Of a stretch of 64,000 nucleotides of DNA, positions 35,704-45,585 are shown in pieces; the stretch's first letter is position 1; the number at the start of each line of letters is the position of its first letter. The DNA lies in the IMG/VR virus record IMGVR_UViG_3300049929_000026, positions 1 through 64,000 of that record; one strand, written 5' to 3'. The notes under the pieces are model-generated. The model had not been told where the DNA came from. It worked only from the letters and a program-made list of their open reading frames with translations, and made no database searches. Position numbers and translations under genes: made by a program. The stretch is from a virus.

Positions 35704-36238
35704 CCGACGATCTCCCGCACAACCCGCCTACCCACGCGCATCGCGACATACCCAGCAAGCCAGAGTCCCCCGATTGCAGGTCCGACGGTGTGCACGAATA
35801 GGCCGAGTACGGTTTGCTTCATGGGTTGCTCATTTCGTACAGCCAATCCTCCGCGACCTCTTCGGCGCGAATCTCGGCGGCAGTCGGCCAATCCCAGACG
35901 TCTTCATCAGTCGGCTCGCTTTTCACTCCTCGGCGCGCGGCTCGGCGTCTCTGCCGTTTATTTGTGGCTAGAGGGCCGAGAATCAAACACCCGGCGCCAG
36001 GCACGGGGCACGCTGGAGCCACGGGGTAATGCGATCGGAATAAGTCGGCCATGGCAAGACTCTCAGGGCTGTTGGAAAGGCTTCTTCGGTAGCTTCGCGC
36101 CGCGCGCGGCCAGGCGGAGCAGCATTCGTCGATAGCCAAGAGAACAGGCGCGCCAATCCTTGACGAGCTGCGCCGCCTGTACCGCAAGGTCGTTGGACTC
36201 GGTTGGCCGCTCGTCGGGCGGGAATTGGCTTGGGGTCT

Positions 36239-36883
36239 TCACGGCTTTTTAGCCTTCGCCTTGATGGCTCGCCAGTCGCGGGCCGCAAGCGTCCGAGCGG
36301 GGACCAGCCCAAGCGAGCACTGGAGCTTGCCGACAATACGCGCATAAATTTGGCTGATGCGCGCCTCCGACACGCCGAGGTCGCGGGCAACCTCCACAGT
36401 CGCGCGGCGCATCAAGCGAGCGAGTACGTCTCGCTCCCGCCGACGAAGCTTCGCGATGGCAGGCGCTACCAGCGCGAGCCGCTCTTTCATGAAGAGCTCT
36501 TGTTCCGAGGTCGGCTCGACTGAAAATTGCGCGAGCAGTTGCTGTTCCGTAGAATCCCCATGCCCGACGCCTTTGGTTGCGTCGATGCTCAAAAGTACAA
36601 CTTGCCCGAGGTTCTTCCGGGCCCGACGGGGCAGCGGGTCATGGGCGCGGATCTCGTCGAGGATTGCTCCCTTTATTCTGACCGAAGCAAACGCTTCGAA
36701 TTGCTCGGGCGGGAGCTTCGGCTGACTGAGCGCCGCTTGCCATAGACCGACGAGAGCGGCCGCCGACACTTCTTCGGGTAGGGTATTTCCGTGGAAGCGT
36801 CGGCGGTATTTGCGGGCGATACGTTCAGCGAGCGGGCGATGCCGGCCGAATGCCGCGAGAGCCGCGGCGTTGTGATTTTGCAA
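36239..36883 (-). CDS. sigma-70 family (FliA/WhiG-like) sigma factor
   Basis: ALVGLWQAA, FEAFASVRIKGAILDEIR..D.LPR, EVARDLGVSEARISQI. Confidence 0.88.
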   Translation of the reverse strand: MQNHNAAALAAFGRHRPLAERIARKYRRRFHGNTLPEEVSAAALVGLWQAALSQPKLPPEQFEAFASVRIKGAILDEIRAHDPLPRRARKNLGQVVLLSIDATKGVGHGDSTEQQLLAQFSVEPTSEQELFMKERLALVAPAIAKLRRRERDVLARLMRRATVEVARDLGVSEARISQIYARIVGKLQCSLGLVPARTLAARDWRAIKAKAKKP

Positions 36884-36966
36884 TGTAGTTCCGATTCACC
36901 TGCGCACGAGCTCCACGAACATCGCGATCACAACAAACGAGAGGCAGAACCAGGCGATCCCAACGG

Positions 36967-37161
36967 TCATGGTAGGCGGAGATGACCGCGCGTGACGGGC
37001 ATCACACCGGTGATCACGCCGAATGCGTCGAGCACCACCAGAACAGCCAAGATGATTCCGACTACGCGAATCAGCTGCATGATCCGCGCGTCCATCGGGA
37101 TTAGGCCAACGAGGTAAATTACGACGCCGATCAGAATCAGCGTGAGCAGTAAGGAAATCAT
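36967..37161 (-). CDS. small two-helix membrane protein
   Basis: MISLLLTLILIGVVIYLV..IPMD..I..LI..V pattern. Confidence 0.7.
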   Translation of the reverse strand: MISLLLTLILIGVVIYLVGLIPMDARIMQLIRVVGIILAVLVVLDAFGVITGVMPVTRGHLRLP

Positions 37162-37248
37162 GCGGATTAGTCGCCTATCTTGTGCTAGAAATTGAGTGCG
37201 CCCGGCGTGTTGAAGCACCCGGGCGCGTGACCCACGAGGAGTTAGCTC

Positions 37249-37953
37249 ATGGATACCAAACAGATCGCACAGATGTGCCGTCGCTGCAAAGGCCCGATGA
37301 TGCGCGGGAGCCGCAAGATGATTTGCGCAGCGCGGTGCGGAACCAGAACCCGGCATGGCGCATCATGCCGTGGAAGCAAAACACCCGAGAGCCGAACCTG
37401 GTCCAACATGAAATCCAGGTGTTACAACTCAAATCTTGAGTCATATGCTAATTACGGAGCGAGGGGCATTACTGTATGCGACAGATGGTTGTGCTCGTTC
37501 GAAAACTTCCTTGCCGACATGGGGGTTCGCCCGAGCGATAAGCACACTATCGAGCGAATTGATAACGACAAAGGCTATGCGCCGGACAACTGCGTTTGGG
37601 CAACGAGAACGGTGCAGGGTCGCAATCGTTCAGACAATCGGCGTGTTGTCTTTCGCGGAGAAGAGATGACTGTAGCTGACCTAGTGGAGCGCACTGGAGT
37701 GCCACGGCGCACGCTCTATAATCGACTGGACGCCGGGTGGTCGATAGACCGCGCCGCCGCTGAGCCATCGCGCGGAGGTTTGATTAACTTAAAGCCTCAT
37801 ACAGGAGCCAAACTGGATGAGGGGAAGGTGAAAGCAATCCGCATTCGAGCCATGAATGGTGAGACACAGGCCGCCCTTGCGAGAGAATACGGCGTTTCTA
37901 CAGCAGTCATTAATAAGACGATTCTGCGCAAGTCCTGGAGGCGCGTGCCTTAA
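37249..37953 (+). CDS. HNH homing endonuclease with C-terminal HTH
   Basis: WSNMKSRC, YGARGITVCDRW, IERIDNDKGYAPDNCVWAT. Confidence 0.9.
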   Translation: MDTKQIAQMCRRCKGPMMRGSRKMICAARCGTRTRHGASCRGSKTPESRTWSNMKSRCYNSNLESYANYGARGITVCDRWLCSFENFLADMGVRPSDKHTIERIDNDKGYAPDNCVWATRTVQGRNRSDNRRVVFRGEEMTVADLVERTGVPRRTLYNRLDAGWSIDRAAAEPSRGGLINLKPHTGAKLDEGKVKAIRIRAMNGETQAALAREYGVSTAVINKTILRKSWRRVP

Positions 37954-37954
37954 G

Positions 37955-38323
37955 CTAATAACATGAGATAAATCCGCAATGCTGCATCGCTTGCTTGCTT
38001 GTCGCGCCTACCATGCATGCCAGCGGCACGATGGTGAGCTGAGAGTCGAGCGTTCGCTGGACGATGTGCTCGCAGGTCTCGACCGGTTGAGCCTCCGAGC
38101 AACCGAGATTGTGGGCCTTCTCGCAGGCATCGAGCACGCTGCGATCGAAGTCTGGCTGCGGGCCCGCGTCCGCCACCGGAGCAGCGCCGCCCATCGCTAC
38201 GGGTGGCGGACCCGCGTCGGGGACGGTGACGGTTGGGACGGGAAGCGGAGTTGGCGCAGGCGCCGGAATGCACGAATTGCAGGCGACGAGCGCGAGGGCG
38301 GCGAATAGGTAGAGGTGTTTCAA
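37955..38323 (-). CDS. Cys-rich lipoprotein
   Basis: Signal peptide with LVA|C lipobox, Pro-rich linker. Confidence 0.7.
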   Translation of the reverse strand: MKHLYLFAALALVACNSCIPAPAPTPLPVPTVTVPDAGPPPVAMGGAAPVADAGPQPDFDRSVLDACEKAHNLGCSEAQPVETCEHIVQRTLDSQLTIVPLACMVGATSKQAMQHCGFISCY

Positions 38324-39117
38324 GCGGCCAACTTTCGAACGCTCATGGCGTATTTATCCGAGCACTGGTTGACGAAATTGGCCGTGACCCAACAACGACC
38401 CCCGTCGCCCCATTGCGTAGTGCCCCATGAATTCTGCACGCGAAATTGCAGCGCGCCGTTCACGTGACGATAGCCGACCAGGAATAGGTAATGGCCTCCA
38501 CCGTTCGGATCGGTCTCGTCGGGCATGTCGTATGGCGCCGACTGCGGGCCAAGTTCTTCGAACGCTGTATCGACGAAGCTCGCGACAGTGACGGCGTATC
38601 CAGCCGCGAGCGCCTGAGCGGCCTCGGTCGCCGAGCTGATTTCGTACTGCCCAATAATGACAGCCGTCGAATCCTGCTCGAGCTCCGCGAGCTTCGGCTC
38701 GTCAGTGACGTTGCTCGGGTCGCAGTCGCTGTTGTAGCCCTCAGGCGACGGCGCGCGCATGGGGCGAATACCCCATTCGGTGAGGCCGCGCATCGCCTGG
38801 TTTGGCATCGAGCCAGCGTCCACGAGTGGCACGCTCGGATCCGGTCGGTCGATGCACAGTGCCAGCTGGTAGATGCTGTGCGGGCTCGGGGTGAAGCCGA
38901 GCGGCGCGCCGGCGCGCGCGAACGAAGTAGCGACCGCGCAGGCCGTGGCATGGCCAACGCAAGAGCTGGTCTGGTTTTGATCAAGCGGACCGGGAGCGAA
39001 TGGCGTCAGGTCAATCGAATCCGGGAGCGTCGCTGCTGCGCCGATCGCGTGCCGGAAACTCGTGACGCGATGCCCTGCCGGATCTGGGATATGGCCCTTG
39101 GAGAAGCGCCCGCTCAT
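38320..39117 (-). CDS. papain-like C1 cysteine peptidase
   Basis: DQNQTSSCVGHA, GGGH, QNSWG catalytic motifs. Confidence 0.9.
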   Translation of the reverse strand: MSGRFSKGHIPDPAGHRVTSFRHAIGAAATLPDSIDLTPFAPGPLDQNQTSSCVGHATACAVATSFARAGAPLGFTPSPHSIYQLALCIDRPDPSVPLVDAGSMPNQAMRGLTEWGIRPMRAPSPEGYNSDCDPSNVTDEPKLAELEQDSTAVIIGQYEISSATEAAQALAAGYAVTVASFVDTAFEELGPQSAPYDMPDETDPNGGGHYLFLVGYRHVNGALQFRVQNSWGTTQWGDGGRCWVTANFVNQCSDKYAMSVRKLAA

Positions 39118-39842
39118 TGACTCACCGGGTGTTTAGCCAAGAACGCCTTTCCGCGAGCGTGCGCCGCCATCTCCTCGGGGCTCGCGCCGACTTTCTTGCC
39201 GATCGAATTCACGAATGCTTCCACGGCGCAGAGTACGAGGTCTTTGCCCTTGACTAGCGCCAGCTGCTCAAGCGCGCTCTCGTAGTTGCTGCCCGCGGAA
39301 AGGATGTCGGCGACATCAGCGACTAACGAGGCCGGCGAAGGCGCGCAATGGGAAACGTTGGGCCAGAACGAGCCCTTGAACCAGGCGCAGCCAGTCAGCG
39401 ACAACACCAGGCACATCACCAGCATCCCACCCATGGGGCCCATGCCGCCGAAGGTCGGGGGTTTGGATGCGGGCGGAAACTTGCTCGGTGGCTTCGCGGT
39501 GCCGTCGTTCATTGCAGCCGTGACAGCCACGTCGCCAGCGCTCGGAGTTCCGGTTACAGGCTTGCCGACTTGCATCGGAGCCGCGGATCGGTTCGACGGG
39601 AGGCCGGGTAGCAGCATCGCGGCGCAGACCATGAATTGCACCGATAGATCGCCCCAGCTCTTCACGCCGGTGAGGCCTTGCGCGAACGTGGCGAGCGCGG
39701 GCACGAGCGCAGGCAGGAAGGCCTGATAGAACGCCGGCAAGCGGCTCCAGAACGGGCGCGAGGCCACGAACAGGCGCGATGCCAGCGCGATAAACGCACT
39801 GAGAAACGCGACGACTTGGATGATATTGAGTGCGTGTTGCAT
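39114..39842 (-). CDS. membrane protein, possible holin
   Basis: Three N-terminal hydrophobic segments and an internal lipobox-like LSLTG|C. Confidence 0.55.
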   Translation of the reverse strand: MQHALNIIQVVAFLSAFIALASRLFVASRPFWSRLPAFYQAFLPALVPALATFAQGLTGVKSWGDLSVQFMVCAAMLLPGLPSNRSAAPMQVGKPVTGTPSAGDVAVTAAMNDGTAKPPSKFPPASKPPTFGGMGPMGGMLVMCLVLSLTGCAWFKGSFWPNVSHCAPSPASLVADVADILSAGSNYESALEQLALVKGKDLVLCAVEAFVNSIGKKVGASPEEMAAHARGKAFLAKHPVSQ

Positions 39843-40049
39843 GATTGTTCCCTCGTGTTGTTGCAATGAGTCAGACTTTTGAGGTGGCGCGTTTAGCGAC
39901 TAAGGGGAGGGGGCACCCGCCACCAAACGCGCCATCGCAAAAGCCTGACGATTCGCTCGTGCCTTGACTGGGTCACGTGCTAGAAATGAGTGCGCCCCGC
40001 GTGTTGAAGCACCGGGGCGCGTGGTCAAACCTGGATTGGAGATCTGACA

Positions 40050-40700
40050 ATGAAAAACGTATCACGTTTAATTTCTGCTGGCCTCACGGGGCGCACATTC
40101 GGAGAATGGACCGTTGGTGCCCGCGCGCCGTCTGTCGGCCATAAGGCAGAGTTTTGGTGCCGCTGCTCATGCGGAACCGAGCGATCCGTCTCAGGATGTC
40201 GGCTGCTGCGTGGCCGCACTAAATCTTGTGGATGCAAAGCGAATAGCCGGAACAATCGACCGACGGTCCCCGTTGCCGCGCGCTTTTGGGCGAAGATCGA
40301 GAAGGGGTATCCGGGCCAATGTTGGGGCTGGACTGGAGCGCTAAATAGCTCCGGGTATGGGACCCTGAGAGGGAGCGGAAGAACTGAGTTTCGGGCTCAC
40401 CGGTTTAGCTACGAGCTCCACCATGGGCCAATCCCGGCCGGCCTATTGGTGATGCATAGCTGCGACAATCGGGCCTGCGTAAACCCTGCGCACCTATCCG
40501 TTGGCACGGTGGCAGACAACAATTCTGACCGGGATGCCAAGGACCGCTGCGCGGTGAAACTAAACGCGAGCCACGTGCGGGAGGTGCGTTTGATGGCGTC
40601 ATCTGGCAATAGAGTAGCGGAAATCGCCGATACTTTCGGTGTTACGCCAACGGCCATCTACCACGTGCTCAAAGGAAAGTCGCGTCGCCTGATAGCGTAG
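40050..40700 (+). CDS. HNH homing endonuclease
   Basis: CRCSCG..KSCGC, CWGWTG, RAHRFSY, VMHSCDNRACVNPAHL. Confidence 0.92.
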   Translation: MKNVSRLISAGLTGRTFGEWTVGARAPSVGHKAEFWCRCSCGTERSVSGCRLLRGRTKSCGCKANSRNNRPTVPVAARFWAKIEKGYPGQCWGWTGALNSSGYGTLRGSGRTEFRAHRFSYELHHGPIPAGLLVMHSCDNRACVNPAHLSVGTVADNNSDRDAKDRCAVKLNASHVREVRLMASSGNRVAEIADTFGVTPTAIYHVLKGKSRRLIA

Positions 40701-40813
40701 GACCGTCCAGCGAGCGCGCTTCTTCGGGGTCTTGGTTTCGTGCTAAATAGTTCGCGCGGCGTCGCTACTAACGACCCGCGCGCGGCCAAACCCACTTGAG
40801 AGGCCTGACGAGA

Positions 40814-41062
40814 ATGAACCCCAAACGCCACCTAGGGCGCTTCCGCGCTAGCGGTCGGAAAAGTCGATCCGAAGCCAGCTACGCACAATATGCGCGCGTT
40901 TCCCTTGCAAGGGGCTCCGACGGATCCCAAGATCTACTGACCGCCAACTGGTTATCCGTCTCGCCAACAATCATCAGCGCCGGCTGGGTAGACGGCGACG
41001 GGATTGCGCACTTCGAGCCATACCAAGTTGGCGGGACAGGCCCTCTGGGCGTCAAAGCGTGA
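40814..41062 (+). CDS. hypothetical protein (possible remnant) behind a repeated leader
   Basis: ATG follows a copy of the shared leader. Confidence 0.35.
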   Translation: MNPKRHLGRFRASGRKSRSEASYAQYARVSLARGSDGSQDLLTANWLSVSPTIISAGWVDGDGIAHFEPYQVGGTGPLGVKA

Positions 41063-41071
41063 GCGCGCTAA

Positions 41072-41398
41072 TCAGCGCTGCGTGACATCCAGCCGATATG
41101 TGATGTCGTCGCCCGCCCCGAGCTGGGTGGAGAATCGGCAGCGAACGTAGGTCGGGCCCGGCACCCCCTTGCCTTGGGCGCGAAACGTTAGCCCGTAGAG
41201 CGTGCCCGAGATTAGCCCCAGCGATTGCTGGCTGATTGTCACGAGCGACAAGGCAGCCGCCTGCGTTGACGTGCTCTCAACCTCAAGCGCAGTTGCTGAT
41301 GTCACCGAGTCACCGGCCGCTACTTGGATCCGAAACGTGTACGGCTTGCCAGTGGGCTCGTCAGCGTCGAGTGATTCGGAGAATTTAGAATATCCCAT
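41072..41398 (-). CDS. putative virion structural protein
   Basis: TGATG coupling to the upstream gene; beta-rich composition. Confidence 0.6.
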   Translation of the reverse strand: MGYSKFSESLDADEPTGKPYTFRIQVAAGDSVTSATALEVESTSTQAAALSLVTISQQSLGLISGTLYGLTFRAQGKGVPGPTYVRCRFSTQLGAGDDITYRLDVTQR

Positions 41399-43545
41399 CA
41401 GCCAACCTTGATGATTTGGGTGTTGCGGCCGATGCCGGTGCCGTCGATGATCGCGGTGCAGCGAGGGAGCGGCGCCGACGAAAACGGAAACCCGGGCCGC
41501 GCCACGAGGACCGCGCCGCACGCAAGCCCCGCACCCAGCGAACCAATCCCGGTCAAGCCGCCGAAGCACGAAGCGCTACCGCCCAGGCCCGCGCTCGGGC
41601 TGCCCGCGACGACGTTTCCGCTACAGCTGCCGCCGCACGCGAGCGCGACCAGCAGGTTACCTGTACCCGTGACACCAGCCGTGACGACAGCGCCGCCAGA
41701 GAGCACAGCGCCGACGGCGCCGAGCCCGATGAGCGTTCCGGCTAGGGCCGCGCCTCCGGTGAGGTTCGCTGTCGAGCTGCCCGACGGCGTGAGGTTGCCA
41801 GTCGTGCTCGCGCCGCCGCTCAGGCTGGCCGCCAGCGCGCCTTTACCTGTGATCGTGCCTGAACACGTGGCGCCAGCCGTGAGAGAGGTGGTGAGCGTGC
41901 CGAGGGCCGCAGCGGTCCCCGAAAGCGTAGCGCTCGCCGAAAGCGTAGCGCCGAGAGTCCCGAGTCCAGTCAGGCCTCCCGTTAGCGAAGCTCCCGCCGC
42001 GCAGGACGCGCCCAGCACCCCGATCCCCGCCAACGTGCCCGACAGCGATGCCCCCGCCGTGAGGCTCGCTGTGGAACTCCCGGACGGCACTAGGTTGCCG
42101 GTGAGGGATGCGCTCGTCGAGAGCGTCGCTCCCAAGCTACCGAGTCCCGTTGCCGTGCCCGTGAGTGTTGCGCCGCCTGTGCACGAAGCGCCGAGAGCTC
42201 CCGCGCCGGTGATGGTCGCCGATACCGACGCGCTACCGATACAGTTCGCGCTGAGCGCGAGGGTGGCAGCAATCGAGGCGCCACCGGTCAGGGTCGCGGC
42301 GAGCGCGCCTTTCCCAGCTAGCGTGCCCGTAGCAGCCGCTCCCGCAGCCAACGAGGCGCTGAGCGTACCTAGGCCCGTGTCCGTGCCGCTAAGGGTAGCT
42401 CCGCCAGCAAGCGAAGCCCCGAGCGCTCCGAGACCCGTGGTCGTAGCAGTGACGGTAGCTCCGCCGGCGCATGTCGCGGCAAGTGCGCCTAGGCCGGTGA
42501 TGGTCGCCGAGAGGGACGCGCTACATGCAAGCGTAGCGCTAAGGGGGCCCATAGCAGCGTTGGCGAACGAACCAACCGAACTCGGCGGCCAGAACGGCGG
42601 GAGATTACGACTCCAGACCCCTGGCACCGTGACGGGGGTTGTCGATGGCCCGAGGCTGGCCGCGGCCGGCTGCGTAAGCGTCCCGGAAACCGTCGCGCCA
42701 CCGCCGAGTGAGGCGCCAAGCGCTCCGGTGCCGACGAGTGTACCAGTAACAGATGCCCCGGCATTGAGTGTCGCGGCGCTAGCCTGGAGGCTCGCCGCGT
42801 TGGCGAACGAACCAACCGAACTCGGCGGCCAGAACGGCGGCACGGTGCGATTGAAGACACCGGGACGCGCGGGAAGGATTAGTTGCGCTCGCGATGTTGC
42901 TGCCGGAAAACCCGGATCGTCCGCTACGTCAGTCGGTGTGCCCGTGAGCGTGAAATTATTCCCGGCGCCAGAGGCATCCGTCGCGACCGACGCCGTCGCA
43001 GTGCAAGCGCTGTAAAACCACGCATTCGCCGACGTTACGAGCGCGCGTGCGGCCGCTTCGCCCTGGATTTCCGCAACAGATTTAGCCGCATTCCAGTAGA
43101 CGATCTTGCCAATGCGCATCGTCCCGGTCGAACTGGGATGGTCTAGATCCCATTGCCCAATACCAATCGTCGTCGGCGAAAAAGTCGCTATGCCTTGCTG
43201 TAGTGGCCCGTTCCACGTGCTGCCGCTCGCGAGCTTCCAATAAACGTCAGTGGTCGAACCGTTGGGTCTCCAACAAACATCAATCCACGTGCCCGCGGAG
43301 CTCGCGGCGTTGACAGCGTCATTGAAGCTGCCCGTGTATAACCGTAGGTCTCCTCCGCCGCCTTCGTTAAAATAGAGCAGCCACGGGTCGGTGGCATCGC
43401 CGACCGTCGTGGCTACGCCGTAGGTTCCGGCATTGGCCGTATTTTTGATCCGAATAAAGCCGGAGAACGCCGTGAACGCAGTCGTCCACGAGCGCGACAT
43501 ATTCGGCGAACCGCCGGAGCATGCAAATTCGACTGATCCGGCCAT
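41398..43545 (-). CDS. virion fibre-like protein with LamG-like N-terminus and Gly/Ala/Thr repeats
   Basis: About 20-aa GxGALxAxLxGxAxxxxT repeats; 44-nt exact duplication at 42557-42600 and 42797-42840. Confidence 0.75.
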   Translation of the reverse strand: MAGSVEFACSGGSPNMSRSWTTAFTAFSGFIRIKNTANAGTYGVATTVGDATDPWLLYFNEGGGGDLRLYTGSFNDAVNAASSAGTWIDVCWRPNGSTTDVYWKLASGSTWNGPLQQGIATFSPTTIGIGQWDLDHPSSTGTMRIGKIVYWNAAKSVAEIQGEAAARALVTSANAWFYSACTATASVATDASGAGNNFTLTGTPTDVADDPGFPAATSRAQLILPARPGVFNRTVPPFWPPSSVGSFANAASLQASAATLNAGASVTGTLVGTGALGASLGGGATVSGTLTQPAAASLGPSTTPVTVPGVWSRNLPPFWPPSSVGSFANAAMGPLSATLACSASLSATITGLGALAATCAGGATVTATTTGLGALGASLAGGATLSGTDTGLGTLSASLAAGAAATGTLAGKGALAATLTGGASIAATLALSANCIGSASVSATITGAGALGASCTGGATLTGTATGLGSLGATLSTSASLTGNLVPSGSSTASLTAGASLSGTLAGIGVLGASCAAGASLTGGLTGLGTLGATLSASATLSGTAAALGTLTTSLTAGATCSGTITGKGALAASLSGGASTTGNLTPSGSSTANLTGGAALAGTLIGLGAVGAVLSGGAVVTAGVTGTGNLLVALACGGSCSGNVVAGSPSAGLGGSASCFGGLTGIGSLGAGLACGAVLVARPGFPFSSAPLPRCTAIIDGTGIGRNTQIIKVG

Positions 43546-44154
43546 TTACATCGTGTCCAGAAACGCGCTCACGATTTCTGCAATGCGCTCATAACCGGGA
43601 TTTTTGAAGTGGATGGTATCGAAATAGACAGCTGGGTCGAAGCCGACAAATAACGGATCGTTTCCCACATCTACAAATCCACTGGCCCAAGCGTGATCAT
43701 TGGCGAGCAGAGAATTGAACGAGATTCGAATCGATTCAGTGCTTGGCGCGTTGTTAGCCGGAGTGCTGTTTAGCACGAGCAGTTCCCAGCCCGGAAACGT
43801 CGCGGCGTTGGTTGCGTAGTCCTTATAGTGCTGCAGGCCGACCGCGTCCGTAACGGTCGGCTGGTTCTTCTGCATGTCGTTGATAAACTCCCACATCACG
43901 ACGATATTGCGCTTCGTCCCGCTCTTGAGCGGATTGACGACCGTCGAGAATTCAGCGGTCAGCGCCGGAGTCTCAATGCCGCTCGTTCCCGCGTTGGTGA
44001 TCGTGTCACTTGGACGTAGCGTCGCGAGCGCCGCCGGGTATGGTATCGAAGCCGACGCGCCCGCGGTTAGAGAGTTGCCATGGCAGACGATGTTCTTCGG
44101 GCGAAGATCACGCGCATTGCTGGCCGCCCCGTGCATCGCGCCTCGTATCGGCAT
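43546..44154 (-). CDS. SGNH/GDSL hydrolase
   Basis: GNSLTAG, NAGTSG, FIND, DTIHF motifs; GGAG RBS. Confidence 0.85.
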   Translation of the reverse strand: MPIRGAMHGAASNARDLRPKNIVCHGNSLTAGASASIPYPAALATLRPSDTITNAGTSGIETPALTAEFSTVVNPLKSGTKRNIVVMWEFINDMQKNQPTVTDAVGLQHYKDYATNAATFPGWELLVLNSTPANNAPSTESIRISFNSLLANDHAWASGFVDVGNDPLFVGFDPAVYFDTIHFKNPGYERIAEIVSAFLDTM

Positions 44155-44168
44155 TGCCGCGTCTCCCT

Positions 44169-44726
44169 TTACGGGGCGCCCAGATTGATCGGGATAAACT
44201 GGTGGACCTGGATGCTGTTGGCGTTGCTCGTGCCCCAGGTCGCAAAGAAATCGAGCTTCTGGGCCGCGGTCTCGTCGAAGCCCGTGCCAACAGCAGGAGC
44301 ACTCGCGGGCATCAGCAGCGTCTTTGCTTCGCCGGCAACCGTCGTGGCCCCTGCAGCCTCCGACGTAAACAAGCCCTGGTGCATAAAGTTCGCTGCCGTG
44401 CCGCCGCCGGTGGCGCGCAACGTGAGCAACCATTCCATGTACCAAGACACGTTGGTTTTCGCGGTTGAGCTCAGCGTCATGGCGCCGCTGGTCGCGACTA
44501 CGACAGAGCCGAGACGCAGGTCCAAGGTGAGAGTGCCCGGAGTCGTTACTGTGGTAATGCGCCCGGCAGCACGCACGAGCAAAGAGTTGCCAGGCTGCCC
44601 AAACCACTCTGTAGGGAACGTCCACAGCGCACCCAGCGGGAGCAGGCTAGTGGGGGTCGTACTTGCCGTGAGAGCAGTCCCATCTACCTTCGAGGCGATA
44701 GCGACTGCACAGTATCCTGATTGCAT
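44169..44726 (-). CDS. putative structural protein
   Basis: AAGGA RBS; Thr/Gly-rich beta composition. Confidence 0.65.
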   Translation of the reverse strand: MQSGYCAVAIASKVDGTALTASTTPTSLLPLGALWTFPTEWFGQPGNSLLVRAAGRITTVTTPGTLTLDLRLGSVVVATSGAMTLSSTAKTNVSWYMEWLLTLRATGGGTAANFMHQGLFTSEAAGATTVAGEAKTLLMPASAPAVGTGFDETAAQKLDFFATWGTSNANSIQVHQFIPINLGAP

Positions 44727-44747
44727 TCTGGTCCTTCTTTCTCTGGA

Positions 44748-45146
44748 TCACGTTGCCGTGAATTGAATTTGAAACTTCGGCGCATGGTCCTCGGGCGCGC
44801 CGTTCGGCAGTACGCCCAAGCTCTCGACGGTCAGCCCTTCCCAAACGGGCATGAGGCGGCGGCGCATCTCTTCAAATGAAGGCTGCTCGGGGAATTCGAA
44901 CTCTTGGACGTGCTCGATGATCGCGCCGTCCTTGAGTGCTTGAACTTCGAAATCGAAGGGACTAGGTACCTCGGTGCTGCCTGCGCAACGCTTGTAGGGG
45001 CGCGGCGCAGGCAGCCAAAATGCGATCCGCAACGTCACCGGGTGACCCGCAACACCAGCCGCGCCAGTAGCGGTCCATGCGAGCGCCGCGATCGGACCTT
45101 CGGAGCTGCCGACGAGAATGATCTTGCGAAGTTCGAGCGGGTTCAT
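44748..45146 (-). CDS. hypothetical protein
   Basis: ORF in operon orientation. Confidence 0.55.
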   Translation of the reverse strand: MNPLELRKIILVGSSEGPIAALAWTATGAAGVAGHPVTLRIAFWLPAPRPYKRCAGSTEVPSPFDFEVQALKDGAIIEHVQEFEFPEQPSFEEMRRRLMPVWEGLTVESLGVLPNGAPEDHAPKFQIQFTAT

Positions 45147-45153
45147 GGTTCGC

Positions 45154-45582
45154 TCAGGCGATGGTGCAGGACAAACCTGACGCTGCGAACTGGGGCGTAA
45201 TCCCGCTCGAAACCGATAGCGATGACGTGGTCGCGCCAGCAACCCACAGCGAGCCAGTGCCCGAAGTGAGCGTGCCCAGGCCCACGTTGGTGACGGTGCT
45301 AGAGCTGCCCGTGCAAGCCGGGAACGAGATGGTCGCGACGTTGGTCACGACGCCAGCCGTGCTCGACCAGCCACCGCTCGTGCGAGCGACTCCGACGCGC
45401 GTGTAGCTCGTGTAAGCTGCCTCGCTCGTGGTCTGATTGCCAGCGGAAGGGTCAGCCGTATGCAGGCTCACGAACACGTTCGTGATCGGAGAGGTCGCGG
45501 CGTTATCGGCCACGTTGGCGATTGCGGTCGCCTGGAACAAGAGGATGGCGAGCGTATTGCGGAACGTAGTTGCGAAAGCCAT
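45154..45582 (-). CDS. small tail/fibre-associated protein
   Basis: VSLHTADP..GNQTTSEAAYTSYTRV, ISFPACT motifs typical of phage tail proteins. Confidence 0.72.
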   Translation of the reverse strand: MAFATTFRNTLAILLFQATAIANVADNAATSPITNVFVSLHTADPSAGNQTTSEAAYTSYTRVGVARTSGGWSSTAGVVTNVATISFPACTGSSSTVTNVGLGTLTSGTGSLWVAGATTSSLSVSSGITPQFAASGLSCTIA

Positions 45583-45585
45583 GGT

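Noticed and set aside
42557-42840. 44-nt exact repeat as a DGR template/variable pair or CRISPR
   Set aside because: Two identical in-frame copies, no adenine-specific differences, and no reverse transcriptase or cas gene in the window
41408-43015. 535-aa + strand Pro/Ala/Val ORF
   Set aside because: Antisense mirror of the Gly/Ala/Thr repeat gene at 41398-43545
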